Shown piece after piece: positions 1-14,269 of a stretch of DNA of 64,000 bases (positions are counted from its first letter, which is position 1; every line of letters begins with the position of its first letter). Position numbers and translations under genes: made by a program. Below the pieces are notes generated by a model. It saw only the letters and a list, made by a program, of their open reading frames with translations. It was not told the origin of the DNA and searched no databases. The stretch is from positions 218,099-282,098 of the forward strand of contig JAQGDQ010000202.1 of the NCBI GenBank assembly GCA_030141605.1, given 5' to 3'. The DNA comes from Tubiluchus corallicola (Eukaryota; Animalia; Priapulida).

Positions 1-135
1 TATTTTCAATTATATAAGATGTTGTTCTTGTACATTTGTATTATTGTAGCTTGCTGGTGAAATAAACTGAATTTGAATTTGAATTTGTTATTTCACATGG
101 ACTTTATTTAATTAGCCTGTGCCTGTTGTGATTTA

Positions 136-322
136 CTAGCAGGAGCTTGCTTGGGAACAAGAAAAAATCAACTAGGCAAGGCACTAGCTAGCTGTTAAAA
201 CTGATACAATTACGATAGCGTTTGCTGCGAGGCGTTGTCAAGTGTACACAAATGTGTTGTCTAGGTCACTTCCTTTGACCTTTTGACGATCATCGTCAAT
301 TGCTGGACCTGTGAAAAGGCTT
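136..322. repeat. Dispersed ~190-bp repeat, copy 1 (other copies ~5808-6005 and partial ~12530-12586)
   Basis: Shared blocks ACTAGCAGGA.CTTGCTTGGGAACAAGAAAAAAT, CTAGCTAGCTGTTAAAAC and CCTTTGACCTTTT.ACGATCATC.TCAAT..CTGGA.CTGTGAAAA.GCTT. Confidence 0.8.
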
Positions 323-378
323 ATTATATTAATTTCTTTTGAGTCACCCAATACATTTAGGTAAATGTTAGAACTCAC

Positions 379-3300
379 CAACAGCTTCATCTAATATTTC
401 AAGTTTAGTAAGACGTTTGTATTTCCTAAGCTCGAGCTCTTCACCAATAGACATACAGATATCCCTCACTAGATCAACAGCCGCTTCTTCCCCACATAAA
501 TGTATCTCCTCTGCACAAATACCTGTTAGCAGATGCATCAGTATTCAATTAATATGTTTCAGCAGCAAGGGTGCTTTAGAACAAATGTGAGCAAAAAAGC
601 TTAAAACAGTGCTCTTTATAATAAAGGAAGTAAATGCTAACACATGAGCAATTAAGTGCAGCTATTTTCACAAATATGTTCAGAATTCACCTTGACAATG
701 ATGGTAGCGCATGAGAGTTAGAAAAATCCATAGTAGATTTCCATAACAATCAAGAAAATTCAATGGGCACAAAGTCTCATACCTATAATAAGTTTTCACT
801 AATATGCAACTACAAAGGAGCTGCAACTGCAAGTACTTATCTGCAATTTCAAAGGAAGATAATGTTCTCTTTTTTTTGTCCTGAACAGGTAAGTCACCAG
901 TCAAGGTACGGAGAAATTTATCATCAGAAAACACTCATGGCTGGTTTCCAGGTGAATATTGTTCAGTACTTACAAGGTTAACCATAGCAATTCGATGTTA
1001 GTAAATTTGTCTAGTTATACTATTTCCACTAACTCCTGCAAAAGATGCCACACAAGTGCTCAATTTTCCTTTATAATTATTTTTCCAATAATTAAAGTGC
1101 AAGCACCTAATTTTTTAATTTGCAAGTATTCAATGTTTTAACTCATTTTGTGGCCAAGCATCTAACTCACATTAATAAACAAAGTGATTAAAATTGATTT
1201 CCACAATAAACAAAATAAATTTCAAAGTTTTAATCAATACCAAGCAGTGCTCGTGTCCACGCCCAGCCACGCCCATTATCTCTTAACATTTGAACTTCAT
1301 CTATCACCGCTACTTCATATGGCGTTGTAGAACTTGACATTTCTACAGTGCAAGAAACATGGTTAGCTGCTGAACCATCAGGATTGGCATATCGTCTTTC
1401 TTCTCCCGTGACTAAATCACAAGGCGTGCCCTTAACAAACAAAACAAATAAAATGCGGACAAATTATATTACCGTTTGAAAGACTGCTTTTAACTGCAGT
1501 TGCAAGAAAAAGACTTGGAAAATCATAACAATGAAATTGATTTGGGCAATTTTTTTATTCGTACAGATTAGTCCGTCTACATTAACCATTTCACTACATA
1601 CAATGGCACCAATAATTGAAGTGTTCTTCAAAAGTCATTAAAAATCAGACCGTATTAATGCAATTGTAGATATACCCAGTAAACATGTCAACATTTAAAA
1701 CTTTCAGAATTCAGCATATGCATGTAAAAAATGAAAGTATTACCCCGTACAATGTAACATTGTACAGCTAATACACAGTGACTAGTGCAGAACACAAAAC
1801 ATTGGGCTATTCGCATGCAAAGTACAGACTTTAGTATTAGTGCTATTTAGTAATACAGTGGCCGCCGCTTATTGTGGACACGTTGGGCCAGCAGTGTATG
1901 TCCATATTAAGCGGCTGTCCATATTAAGCGAAGTGACCCATGAAGACCCTTCCCCTTCATTAAAAAAGGCAAAAAACTGTCTGTATCAACTTGTCTCCTG
2001 TTTTATTGAAAAAAAGAAGTCAGACGAGTTTGTTTGGCAGGAAACTTTTCTCTCAACCTTGAACGGAAGGAAGTTATCACAGTTTCGAAGCTCTCAAGGC
2101 CACGGCAAACGGCGAACTGACTGATGCAATGACTCACACAGGCAGCAGAGCGGGAAGCTCTTTTCAATCACGCGCGCAGGCCGTGGTTGGCAGTTGGCAC
2201 GGCTGGTCACGTGCCAAGAATGTTCGCTGTCCATATTAAGCGGCGGTTGTCCATATTAACCGGCGGACTTTATTAGGGGAAAATTCCGTCCCTCGCGAGT
2301 TGTCCACAATAACCGGCTGTCCACAATAACCGTGTCCATAATAAGCGGCGGCCACTGTAGTGCTATTCATGTAGTTATGTACAATATGCAAAAGTTTATA
2401 TTTATGTAAATATATATTTCCTATAATCTGAAATTGTTTAGATTAACAGTGTATGTTTACACTGGCCTGTATATTCTATTGCTATTTTTCATCACTTTAT
2501 TAAATTTTGTCCTATATCATTATTTCTGATCAATGTACAACAACAGTATATTATAAAGTTTAATATTAGAATAAGAGAGCAACTTGTATGGTTGTATGTA
2601 GCCCTCGCATTCGGCATTCTTTTGTCATATCTTGATGTAATACTGTTACTAACTATGTGTGCGAAATAAAATTATTCTTATTCTTATTCCTGTATCATAC
2701 AAGGGTTTATACAACGTCTTTCTGTCGGTTCCCTCAAGTGATGCAACAAGCAAAAATTCTGCGTGACAATACAGCATTGATCAGAAAAGCATACTACATG
2801 AATGACTACACAATCACAGACCTCTTTAGTATAGATTACTCATCTTGCAAGCAAGCAACCAAAAATATTTTTGAATGCATGTCCAAACAAAGTATGTTTG
2901 CTTACAGCCTCGTTGCTCTTCTGGAATACTTCTACAGCTAGCATTTTCAATGGACCACAGTAAACACCTGATTTTGCATTGAAAAATCTCTCTAATGCAT
3001 GATAAGTCTTGCCGCTGTTCGTAGGACCAGCATGAAAAATAATTTTCCGCTGTATAGCACGAGCTTCTGGATACCTTGAGAAAAAAATTAGGCCAAAGTT
3101 TACAATTCTCCACGCACTGAAAATTAGTTCATGAGTTTATGAAACACATTTGGGTTAAGCTTGGGATAGGATTAGGGTTAGAGTTAAGATACTTATTAAC
3201 AAAATAAAGCATTTCAGTTATAACAGCTATTATAAGATAAAGTGTGTAAAATATATTAAACTTTAACCAAATGTAGGAATTTGGTAACAACTAAACAAAA

Positions 3301-6300
3301 AAGCTTGGCAAACAAAGTGGCAAAACAATGAATATATTGGTGACACGACACATCATGTATCACGTCTGATTTTCGTTCAAATTTGGAAGACATCTTACAG
3401 TGAGAAAATATTTAACTATGCACTTTTATGAAATGTTATCAAAAAATACAAAATTTCTATGAAAATCACATTAAAGTGCTGAAGTGCTGAGATATGTAAA
3501 CATGAAGGTGCACAATTATCCCAGTGCATAAAGAAGAGCTACGCGTAAGAATTACTACTTTATAATAAGTTAATTACTATTACCTCATAATAATTTTCAG
3601 CAAATTGAATTTTAAGTACTTTTGTCATAATGACCTAATTCTCCCACTACATAAATAAGAACTATAATGAAAGCAGTATTATTTTATAATATGTCAGTTA
3701 CCATTACCTCACATTATGTTTCGGTTTAAGTACTTACAACATAAAAAACGCAACTAATTGCAGCTTTCAACATAATGTTAGTTAGAGATTTTGTTGATGC
3801 TAAACAAAGCTTATTTACAAAATGTTCTCATGTTTGTCTTATAAATGCTTATAAATCTGATAAAAAATACATATGCTAATAGAAGCCTTGGCAAATGCAT
3901 AGGCAAACAATGTTACAGAAATTAAATAATCACATTTTTGATTTCGAACACATAAAAACTTTGAAGGTTTGTTAAAGATAGTAATTTAAATTAATAGTAA
4001 ATTTATTTCATTTAATTTGCCACTATTGATTTTATGCCTCAGACTATAAGTACGTGTCCTTGCATTCACAACAAGCCCAACGTATATAATTTTAACAATT
4101 AACACTAATAAACAATTATCACAAACAGCTTTACAAACACAAACGGATGTACCAGTTAGCCGGAATTCGAAGATCACTGATTTTTTTCAGGTCGTCCATA
4201 CATTCCAGATGAGGGAATATCTGTTTTGCATGTTGCAAAAAATATGGAAAAATGTCATCCACATGACCTGCATAATAAAAAAGAAAAAGTTGAAATGAGT
4301 CTAGGTAAAAATAGTCACAGATGGACAGAGAGTCAAACATGAAACTTACTTAGCGAAACAATAGGTAGTTAAAATCCCCCTGATGAGCCTGATGAGCAAA
4401 TTTAGACCACCTTGTTAGTTGTCATTATTACTACATTAGTCGTTATTTTTACATAGTAATAACAACTTTTGTACAACCTCAGAAATCAGAAAAAAATCAG
4501 GGCAGCTGATTTATGTCAATCAGCAAGTCATATTTTCACCAAAACACTTTTTTATTGCAGCAGCAGACATTTCATTTAGGAAATAATAAAGAGAAATGGA
4601 ATAAGTTAACTGATCTCACTCATTAAAACAGCACTCACCAGAATTTTGTAAAATGTCACTCAATGTAATATGAAGATCAGGCGGTAGTACTTCAGACTGC
4701 AAACAAAAGCGGCGAAAACTCAGATATGATTGGTGAAATAACCTACCTAAATAAAAAATAAATAGGTACAGTAACTGTAAGATAAAAGGAACATCACCAT
4801 ACATGGCTTTGTAAGCATGTATTACAACATTGGTCCTCACCAGGTATAAGTCCAGTGTCAATAACTCTTACTTGCAAAACCTCACATTGTTGCTGTTATC
4901 GTTATACACACTTAATAAAGAATAATAAGGCTTTGTCACTAATGAGTGATCAGATCATGATCAGCTTTTGTAGGTATTGCACACTGAGCTAATATTGACG
5001 CAGTAACTCATAGTTTTTCTCGAGACGACCCCTTTAAGTGTATTTTGGGAGCCACAAAAATTTAAAAATGCTTCTTCTCTGCCATTTCTTCGTGAAATTG
5101 AATGCAGCTTTCGAGGGATGCATACCAATGGCGAAACGGAGCTGGAATTTCGATTTTCCCCAACATATTATTCACTCTTATATTTAGTACTTACTGTCAA
5201 TTCCATTTTCCTGAGAAAGCTGCTTGATTTCTCTGCGTTTATAAAACGTGTTTAAAACTCGCAAAACATCAGCTGAAATTAACACGAAAACAGATAATTT
5301 TTAGGCATTTTTTGACCTTTTCAATCAAAAAACAATGGGCTTCCAAGTATTATCCAAACCAATCCCTGCACCAAGTTCGGCGATTCTAGCTTCATTTGTT
5401 TTGATTTGCATTGTGTGAACTGATATACAGACGTGAATAAAATAATGCCTCACTCCAAGCATTCAGGTAATTCATGAAAACGTGTTAAATATAACAGTCA
5501 TTCAAAAAGCATTTGCACCGATATATATGATATTTCCAAAATTTTGGCTCTGTGACACTATAACAATAGATTCTTAACATAATGTATACCATACAAGTTA
5601 TTTTTCATTTGGGGCTATAAGCATTTTTACAGTTTCATTGTGTGCATGCACCGTTGCTGTAGGTCAAAGGTTAAGTGTACCACAGCAACGCGTCTTAACT
5701 ATAACCGACATATGACATGTGCATACAGCAAAGCCACCTGCTGCACTAGTTCAGTAACTTCAGTTGTTTTGCATAGATTTTACTTAAGTCTGTGTGTAGA
5801 GTGATTAACTAGCAGGATCTTGCTTGGGAACAAGAAAAAATAAATAAAGTAAAGTTCTAGCTAGCTGTTAAAACAGTTACTATTACAACAGCATGGGCTG
5901 CGAGGTTTGTCAAGTGCACACAAAAAAGTTAAATGCATTATCTGGCACACTTAACCTTTGACCTTTTCACGATCATCATCAATCACTGGAACTGTGAAAA
6001 AGCTTATTTCATCACTTTGTTTACGATAGTTTATGTGAAAAAACGTACCATTAGTATTTTGTACCTAGCATTATTATATAAGTTGGCTCATATAAGAAAA
6101 GGGTTTTATTCACCTTTGTTAAGTTTTCCACCAAGTTCCACACCAATATTGATGTCGTCTGGGTTATTTGATGGTTTTATTGGAATTGGTACATAAAGTG
6201 TAGTATCAGAACTTCCACTAGGCCTGTCTCCTTTACTTCGATACATGCAATGTCTATCAGTCAGGCGTATTAAACTTGGTTGTAGTAACCTTGAAACTGA

Positions 6301-6357
6301 ACGTTGAAAACATGTATTGCACCAAATGCCTCTTCTTCCAGCAGATGTTAAAGACAT
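379..6357 (-). CDS. SUPV3L1: Mitochondrial ATP-dependent RNA helicase SUV3 (5' part; gene continues beyond window start)
   Basis: Phase-consistent GT-AG exons 6357-6114, 5272-5195, 4746-4639, 4267-4153, 3074-2906, 1430-1241, 522-379. Translation includes [50 protein letters not shown] (Walker A), [27 protein letters not shown] and [11 protein letters not shown], which are characteristic SUV3 motifs. A splice acceptor sits 10 nt upstream of the ATG. Confidence 0.95.
1856..2357. mobile_element. Tc1/mariner (pogo/Tigger-like) MITE
   Basis: Terminal inverted repeats CAGTGGCCGCCGCTTATTGTGGACAC ... GTGTCCATAATAAGCGGCGGCCACTG, TA on both sides, repeated subterminal GTCCATATTAAGCG motifs. Lies in a SUPV3L1 intron. 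Confidence 0.9.
5808..6005. repeat. Dispersed ~190-bp repeat, copy 2
   Basis: Collinear similarity to 136-322. Confidence 0.8.
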
Positions 6358-6839
6358 TGTCGAAACACTATAATAAAATAGCAAGAATATATAACACACA
6401 TATAACTATTTGTCCTTGTATCGTACTTCTGATGGTGCATAAGTCGGCCATAATGAAAAAGAACTCTCACAGTAGAATTTGTCCAACTATTATAACCATC
6501 ACTCAAACAAATGTTGATAAAATTTGGGGTAGTCACTTGAAAGTTCGGGAAAATTGTCTAAAATCTGAGCTGTAACTTAAAGCCGCAACGCATCTGGAAA
6601 TATCGCAGATCTTGCCACATTTACCAGCTCTATGTTAACCCTCTGGACTTCCAGCTGTTTGCACTAATCATTCTCAAGAGTCATAGAAACTTGAAACCTG
6701 GTTTGTAAAGAATAATAACCAAGCTGGCAGAAATAGTGAATATCAAAAATTTAGCCTTTGATGTTGTAACAGACAAAGGTTTCATGGATAGCATAATATA
6801 CTGCAGATTTACCCACACAGCCGATACTGATGCAGGCAA

Positions 6840-7160
6840 AAATATACTATCCAATTTGTAAAAAATAGTTTCTCTGAGTTTTAGTATATCTGCTCTTCAT
6901 TAACTGAAGACCATTATCACGAGTGGGTAGGTGAGTGTTCATCTCCACCCCTGTTGCAAGGTAAGGCTAATGAAGGAACCAAGGCATCATAACATACATG
7001 CAAAAATTTCCATGTTTTTATACGAAATTTCCACATTCGTGCTGGTACCTTACACTTGTTACGTTGACTAAACAAAGCCTCTCCTCGCAGTTCTTGTCTG
7101 TAAAACCTGGCATGCATTTCATTTCTCTACGAAATTCTAATGTTTTCACTCTGACACTAG
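6840..7160 (-). mobile_element. Highly decayed CR1/L2-like LINE 3' fragment
   Basis: Minus-strand translation gives RREMKCMPGFTDKNCEERLCLVNVTSVRY and TRDNGLQLMKSRY..RNYF, resembling the C-terminal YEERLxxLxLxSL and TRGxxxKL blocks of CR1-group ORF2. Many stops. Confidence 0.5.
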
Positions 7161-7914
7161 TCATTCAGTTCCCAAGGTGTTCAGATACATGTAGCATATT
7201 CAAGATGGGACAGACCAAACTTCAGTTCATTGTTTATTAAAACCACAAGGTCCTTTTCTACTGTCTGTCATCATAGTAAACTTCAGTCAATCCTATAATT
7301 ATAAGCTAGATAATGCAACACCAAACGAAGAGTTTCATACTTACTGGGATTGAACCTAAATTGCCATCTGCCGAATCTTGTTGTTCGCCTGTTACATTAT
7401 TAGACATTAAATGCCAATCAACATCAGGTAGTTCTCTTTTCGTAGCTACAATCATAGCTTTAGCAAAGTTTGGTCTGCTACTAATGTTTTAAATGCTCTA
7501 GCTTGACAAATTTATAAAATCAAAATTAAGAGCATCACAAGACGTGTGTTATAATAGGCAGTTACATAAGGAAACTGCAGCGACTGCAGCGAACCTAACC
7601 TAAAACTCATACATTTAGGTTAGGTTCACTGAGAGAAGCAAGAGGTTAGGCTTTTTCATTTAGCTTGGCAAGGATGGGAAATGGTATGATAGACAGTGCA
7701 TTAACTTTACATCGAAAATTTTGTCAAACTTTTAAAAATTCTGTGAAAGTTTCTTCATTTTATTGAAAATTGTGCTTATTGGCTGAGTTGCCTGTCAGTT
7801 TGGCATCATACCGTGGGTACACATGATCTTCTTTACCAAATCGGCGAGCAAACTGACATCAATAAAAAATGCCAGTTTGCAAGAGCAAAAACACACATTT
7901 TTCTTCACTTTGTT

Positions 7915-8286
7915 CAAGTAATGAAACGGATCACCCGTCTGTGAAATGAGACAAAATAAGAAATGATATACCTTAACCAAATGTGGGAATCACCTAAAAA
8001 GCAGGCTTATTTCACTTTAAAAGATCTCGAAGCCAAATTTAATATTGCTCGTTCAACTAGCACAGAATAAGATTATTTTGTTTTATCAGATGTATAATAT
8101 TAATAAATTATTCAAAGTGTATTGACATTTCAATTATTATTATTAAAAAAAGAAGTGCAAGGACACTGCCACTATGGCTCAGTTCATGACGTGTCTCTAG
8201 TTTGGCAGCCCATGTACGACGCGCACTACTTGTGCTAGCCCATGTACGGCAATTGTCCTACTTCGGCTAGTGGCCTACTCCGCTCC
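7915..8286. mobile_element. Partial copy of the TIR element at 42982-43734
   Basis: Collinear match (GATCACC.GTCTGTGAA, GACAAAATAA.AAATGATATACCTTAA, CAGCCCATGTA.GACGCGC.CTACTTG.GCTAGCCCATGTACG.CAATTGTCCTACTT) to ~43355-43734. Confidence 0.8.
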
Positions 8287-8429
8287 TGACAATACCACAA
8301 CAAAACATTAAACAAACCACTATATGGAATGTTCATGCTTGCTTGACATCCTTGTGTGACATATCCATGGTGCTGCATAACGTGATGCTATGTACAGTAA
8401 CAAGGTGGTACAACTACAGTACAAGGACG

Positions 8430-8640
8430 AGGTGCTACCAAATTATTCACAGAGAAGTTGATATTAATTTTGACAAATTTTTTACCCATGTATCTTGCAA
8501 TAGTACAAGGCAAAATCATTCTTTAAAGCTTTTCGTGCGTCGAGCTGCTAAAGTATCATTTGGTCAATTTTTCTCGAATCGAGTTGTACCTATTTGCAAC
8601 TCATTGCCTACATATGTTGATGGTGCACACCTCGTAACTG
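8430..8640 (+). mobile_element. CR1/L2-like LINE 3' fragment
   Basis: CYQIIHREVDINFDKFF...TRQNHSLKLFVR...FFSNRVVPICNSLP, same family as the adjacent minus-strand LINE tail. Confidence 0.75.
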
Positions 8641-8649
8641 TACAAAACA

Positions 8650-10945
8650 GTTTAGTTTAGTTTACTCACATCCATTAGTACATAAAATCACATTCATTAA
8701 AAAAATAAAAATACAATATAATGACTAGCATACTACATAATTAACACTTGGTAAGATGTGCAGGAGGACACACAGAGCAAAGCTACTTACATGTGTCTAT
8801 CGAATTTAAGAAACTTTGTTAAATTAGCATGTTCAAGTCTTTTATGAAATAACTTAACATTTCCAGCAGTAACTAATGGTGAACTATTTACAGAAGCAGG
8901 CAATGAGTTCCATATTGGAACAACACGATTTGAAAAAAATTCATGAAAATGTGTTTTACATGTACTCCTTACAAAGAGTTTTAATGAGTAATTACTCTTA
9001 GTTTTATTATTTAAAGCTTTGGTAAAAAATGTTTCCCTGTTTAAATCAACATCCTGATGCATAATTTTGTAACACATGCACAAAGCAGAAATTATGTGTC
9101 TTTCTTCTAATGATTTAAGACTCAGAATTTGTAATCTATGTGGATACGACTCATAATTAATTCCACATCTATTACAAAGGCGTCTTGTAAAGTAACGCTG
9201 AACATTTTCTACAACATCTAAATCACCAAGCAGCTAAGGACTCCACACAGGAGAACAATATTCAACCAATGGTCTGACATGTATTTTACAATCTTTCAAT
9301 AAAGATTGTTTGTTCCCAACAGAAAGAATTCTAAAGATATCGGATATCGATATTGGTTATCCTGTTTGCTCTCATACAAATATCAGGACAGTGGTCACTA
9401 AACTTTATTTTTTGTGATACATTTATTCCAAGATCTCGAACATTACTAGTAGTCTCAATTTCCACATTTTGTAAATAATAGTTATTACCGGGATTATTTC
9501 TACCAATATGCAATGTGTTACATTTAGGTATAGCTATGGTCAGTTGCCATAGGTGTGCCCGTGTTTTGATTTTGTCAAGAGCTGACTGGATATCAGAAGT
9601 ACCATTGTTGTTAAGGCATTGATACAGTTTGGCATCATCAGCAAATAATTTTAGTGTTACCAGTCCTACATTATCTGGCAGATCATTTATGAATAACAAA
9701 AATAACAAAGGCCCGAGTATAATGCCCTGTAGAATTCCTGATGTTACAGGCACATAATTTGAAAAAGTAGGTATCCATGAATAACTAGTGATTTAAGTTT
9801 GATCAAGAGTTTTGGATGGCTAACCATATCAAAAGCCTTCTTAAAGTCAATTAATACAACATCTACATTGGTATCCAGATCCAAGGCAAGATTCCAATCA
9901 TACAAACTTTCTAATAATTGAGTACATGTTGATCTACGTGAGAGAAAACCATGTTGATCCCGAGTCAACAAATTTTTAAATCTTAAGTATTCTATAACAC
10001 TTTCATAGATAACTGATTCCATAAGTTTACAAGATATACATGTTAAGGACACCGGTCTGTAATTGTTTGGATCGGAGCTTTCACCTTTTTTATAAATGGG
10101 ATTTAAATCAGCCCTTTTCCAAATAACTGGAATAACACCCTCCATAAATGACATTTCAAATATGAAGGATAACAGCGAGCACAGAAGATTTACAACTTTC
10201 TTAAATATAATAGCTGGAAGCTCTACAATAGCTAAAGCTGGCTTTGCTTTGAGCTTATCAATAGCTTTTCTTATTTTCATTGGGCAGTTGACAAAGTCAA
10301 TCCCTTCGCCAATTTTGTCATCTATATGAGGTACCTGACCATTATCTAAAGTAAAATTTTGAGCAAAACAAATGTTTAAAACATTTGCCTTAGAGACATC
10401 ATCAGTAAATAATTGCCCATCAGAGTTGTACAAAGGAGATACACCATTATCATAACAGCATTGCTTGCATACAAAATTGAAAAATTTGCTTTTATCTGGA
10501 TTTTCAAAAAATTTCCTTTCATTGGGTATTTTTAATTTTCTAGATTCTTTTTTAAATGCATTATTAGCACTACTGTACTCTCGTTTGGTCAATTCTGAAA
10601 TATTTCTGTTGCAGTATAAATGCCTTTTTTCTTAATAATCCTTCTGATATGAGGAGGATGTTTAATTTTGGAATGCTTAGTTTCAATATGCTTGAAAGGT
10701 ACATGGTTGTCAAAACTATCATTTAAAATGCTATAAAACATATTCCAGCCATCTTCTAAATTAGCAGTAGTATTAAAGTTTGGCCAGTTCATTTCACCAA
10801 GTTCACATTTTAAGCTATCTCAATCTGCTTTATCATAGTCCCGCCTGAGTGGTAAGTCATTACCAGACATCTGTCCTGGACCCTGGCATTTGAATGTTAT
10901 AGCTGCATGATCAGTAGTTAGCAGTGGTTCAGTAACTTGAACATT
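8650..10945 (-). mobile_element. 5'-truncated, disrupted non-LTR retrotransposon (CR1/L2/Jockey group), ORF2 endonuclease end plus reverse transcriptase
   Basis: Broken ORFs 10820-11098 (TDH motif), 10589-10792, 9744-10592 (PIYKKG, NYRPVSLTCISCKLME, QHGF, DFKKAFD), 9331-9753 (GILQGIILGPLLFLLFINDL, LFADD) and 8787-9083 (FFSNRVVPIWNSLP). Short (AAACT)n tail near 8650. Confidence 0.93.
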
Positions 10946-13900
10946 CAGTAAAAATATTAAGTTATTTAGAAGCCGCTTGTATAAAGTTAACTTGCATAAA
11001 CTCCTTGTACACAATAGACACATGTAAGCAGTTAATCTCTTTGCATCTTTCCCACACTCTTGTAAATATTGTATTTGTACGTTTTTGCCAACGATCATAA
11101 TTATATATTATATTAATAATAATATTATTGATATTGTTTTTATTATAGACTGTATTTTACTATTGAGCGTGAATAAAATAAATTAATTAAATAAACCGTA
11201 TAGGTGAGGCAGGTAGAGTTGCCTAAATACAAAATTGACAAATTAATTGATCATCTTATACCTCAGAGGCTAAACTGAGATGTAAATCTCCACGTTAACT
11301 AATAACCAACATTAGCAGCTAGTGATATGGGGGATCTTCGCATTTGCAGAAGAAAGTAGACAAAAAATTTTCACTACGCACAAAGAATACGGACTACATG
11401 CCATGTGTGCGTAGTTTTTGTTTGCTGCTTGCAATGTTAAAAATTTTGCGAAAGTTTTGTTTGTCGTTCGAATATATTAAAAGACTGTTTAGCAGATCTT
11501 GGCCGATGTTCTTCTCCAACATAGGCTACTGCCAAAATATATAAAATAGTGAAAAATATACAAATATGCAGTCACATGATGTACTGGCATTGAAATTCAG
11601 TCTGGCTGACAATTTGTTCGACAGTTCATTTACTTAACATTGCTCCTCAGTTCATCACACAGAGATGAAGATGAAGTCTGTTGTTTCTGAACATTTTCGT
11701 ACCTTAACGTCTCAGGAACAGATACAGTTGTTTTTGTGCTTGTAACATAGCTTTTCCTGTTCCAACCTTCACTAAAAAGATTTAAGTCAGCTGATTATTT
11801 CATCGTTGATATAAGGTTCATCACTATCCACTCAAGTAAGACAAGTAATGTGTAATCGACTAATATAACCCTGAATCCTAAAATCATTAAAATACCATTG
11901 TCAGAATAACTGCATTTAATGGAACTTTTGATTTGTTATTAGACCTGCAATATGTAATTAATAAAACCATAATAACAATTATTTGTACTTAATTGATGAA
12001 TATACACAATATAATGTTTCAATAAACTTATTTAAATGTTACTTCTGACAGGATTGGCACCTGAAACTACATTAAAAATAGCAATAACAGCAATTGAGGC
12101 CAGTAGCATAAAAATGGCAATTTGGTACTATTTAGACATGGAAATATCTAATATGGAAATATTATAAATGATTAAGGTCTGCATGGTCATTGTGCCGTGA
12201 TCATTAACTATAATGATAATGAACTTTATTAAATTTCAGAAAAATAGGCTGGCGAGGTAAATAAAGAAATTGTATAGTGTACGTGTCTGTTTTTAACACG
12301 AAGTGAAATTTAGTGGAAAAAACAGGAGTGGTGGCTTTGAACCTTGTTGATACTTTTTGCCCGATTTGAACATGTATGGATAACATAGTAGGTTGGCACT
12401 TTTAACTGCTATTTGCACTTAAATTCGTAAAGTACCAGACAGCAGTGCCTGTGCAACAACATGGTGCCCATTTTTTTGTGTGAGCTTAGCAGTCTCTCTC
12501 TGAGGATGCATCTAAATCTGTGGGTAATACTTAACCTTTGACCTTTTTACGATCATCATCAATCGCTGGAACTGTGAAAAGGCTTGTTCTCTTTTTGTCT
12601 TGAAAAGTTTTTATCTTTTCCTATCGCATTAGAAGACAATGTTATTTATTCACACACAAGATGATATCACCCTGAACAAGCTTAATGAAAGTGTTATTAG
12701 TGCTAAACTCTGGTGCTAGCAACGTGGAATTTTTAAAAACGTTTAGAACTTAGTCATCAATGATGATATTAATGACCAGGAGGGCAGGAACACTATCAGA
12801 TATTGCAGTCGCGGTAATTGACTTGTATTTTGCTGATAGAATTGTGCGTCATGTTGGTTGGGTATATGAATATTAAAAATGGCCGACTGTTTAGGTGAGA
12901 AATTTAAAAAAAATCAATTTCATTTTAATTTTCAAGTTAGTTTATCCACTTAATATGTTGATAATTAAAACAATCGTGTAGCAGTTGAATCGGAAAAATT
13001 AAAATCATTGTCATTATTGTAGCAGTAACCAGAAAACAGAATTGCACAGGTGGTGATAACACTGGTAATGCTAACTTAGTGGGTGCTAGTACTACTAGTA
13101 GTAGTAATCTAGTATTACGCCTAGTAATGTGCGGTACTAGTACGACTACTGTAGCATGATGTTATTATTGGTAATTGTTAACGAGTGGGGAAAAAGTAAT
13201 CCTTGTTATGCAAATATTCTTAATCTCCATATTTACTTGGCAGCAGAGCCTACTTTGTGATTAATGTAAATCATCATTATCAGCGTATCCTATGCTGAGC
13301 AAACTGAGTTATTACGATTTGTAATTTGTTTATGATGTAAAACAAATTTAGGCACTCTATTAAAATCCAGGTCCCACTCGATTTGTCACAAAGGAATTTG
13401 GATTATAATTTTTTCATACTTCTGCATGTTTAATAAACTTCTTGCATTGAAATTGCAGTCTAGCCAAAAACAACTACACCAACGAAAGCGTAAAAGTGCA
13501 CATCTTTATTTTGATACATTTGAGTGTGTCCAGTGGTGATCATCAGTCATAACAACCAGAACAACCTATAAAACAAACATTGTGTTATAACACACCTTTA
13601 TGCAAATATCAGGCTAAATTCATGACTCACACACACAAGAAAAACTAAGTAACAACAAGTTATCAACACTTAACACACTATCTAACAAATAAATGCATAC
13701 CATCATGCACTTGCCACAATCACAACAATGTAAAAGCAAAAAAATGTGGTGAAGCTTGCTGTGGCACTTGCCGTGGTGAAGCTCTCAATCTCCTTTTAAA
13801 AAATCGTTGTTTGATGCACAAAGTAGGCTAGTAATAATCTCTGGCAAATGTCCACCAATTCGTAACATGTGGGAAAAGAATGCTGTCTTGCAATAAAATT

Positions 13901-14269
13901 TATACAATTCCTTTGCTGTATTGTGGGTGGTACAACCTTGACAAGCTTCTCAAGAACATGATTATCTCCATTAAGACATTTGCATATGTCCTTCAAGTTA
14001 GCTCTTTCTTCTTTGTGCTGTAACGAACATATCTCTGGATGCAAATCGGCTGCATAGCATAACTGTAGGAATCTATCTCGGACTATTTACGAATTTTTGG
14101 CAATGCCTGAAATTAAAGGAAGACCGGACGATTGTTTAGACTCAATCTCATTTTAATTTACTGTCAAAAATATACATTTTCTTGCCTATAAAAGTTAACA
14201 GTTGTTCCTTATATTTGAATAATTAGCTTAGAAAGTTAATTAACGGCAACCGAACACAGCTATTGCTTA

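Noticed and set aside
4379-4400. CTGATGAG motifs as additional hammerheads (also ~40604 and ~52874)
   Set aside because: No stem II followed by a properly placed GAAA and cleavage triplet.
7340-7410. tRNA-like B-box (GGTTCAATCCC on minus); similar traces near 15685 and 60420
   Set aside because: No cloverleaf can be built; at most decayed SINE heads.
11710-11825. C/D-box snoRNA candidate (GTGATGA...CTGA on minus); similar pairs near 19870 and 22395
   Set aside because: No terminal stem or recognisable guide, or spacing too short; expected by chance in AT-rich DNA.
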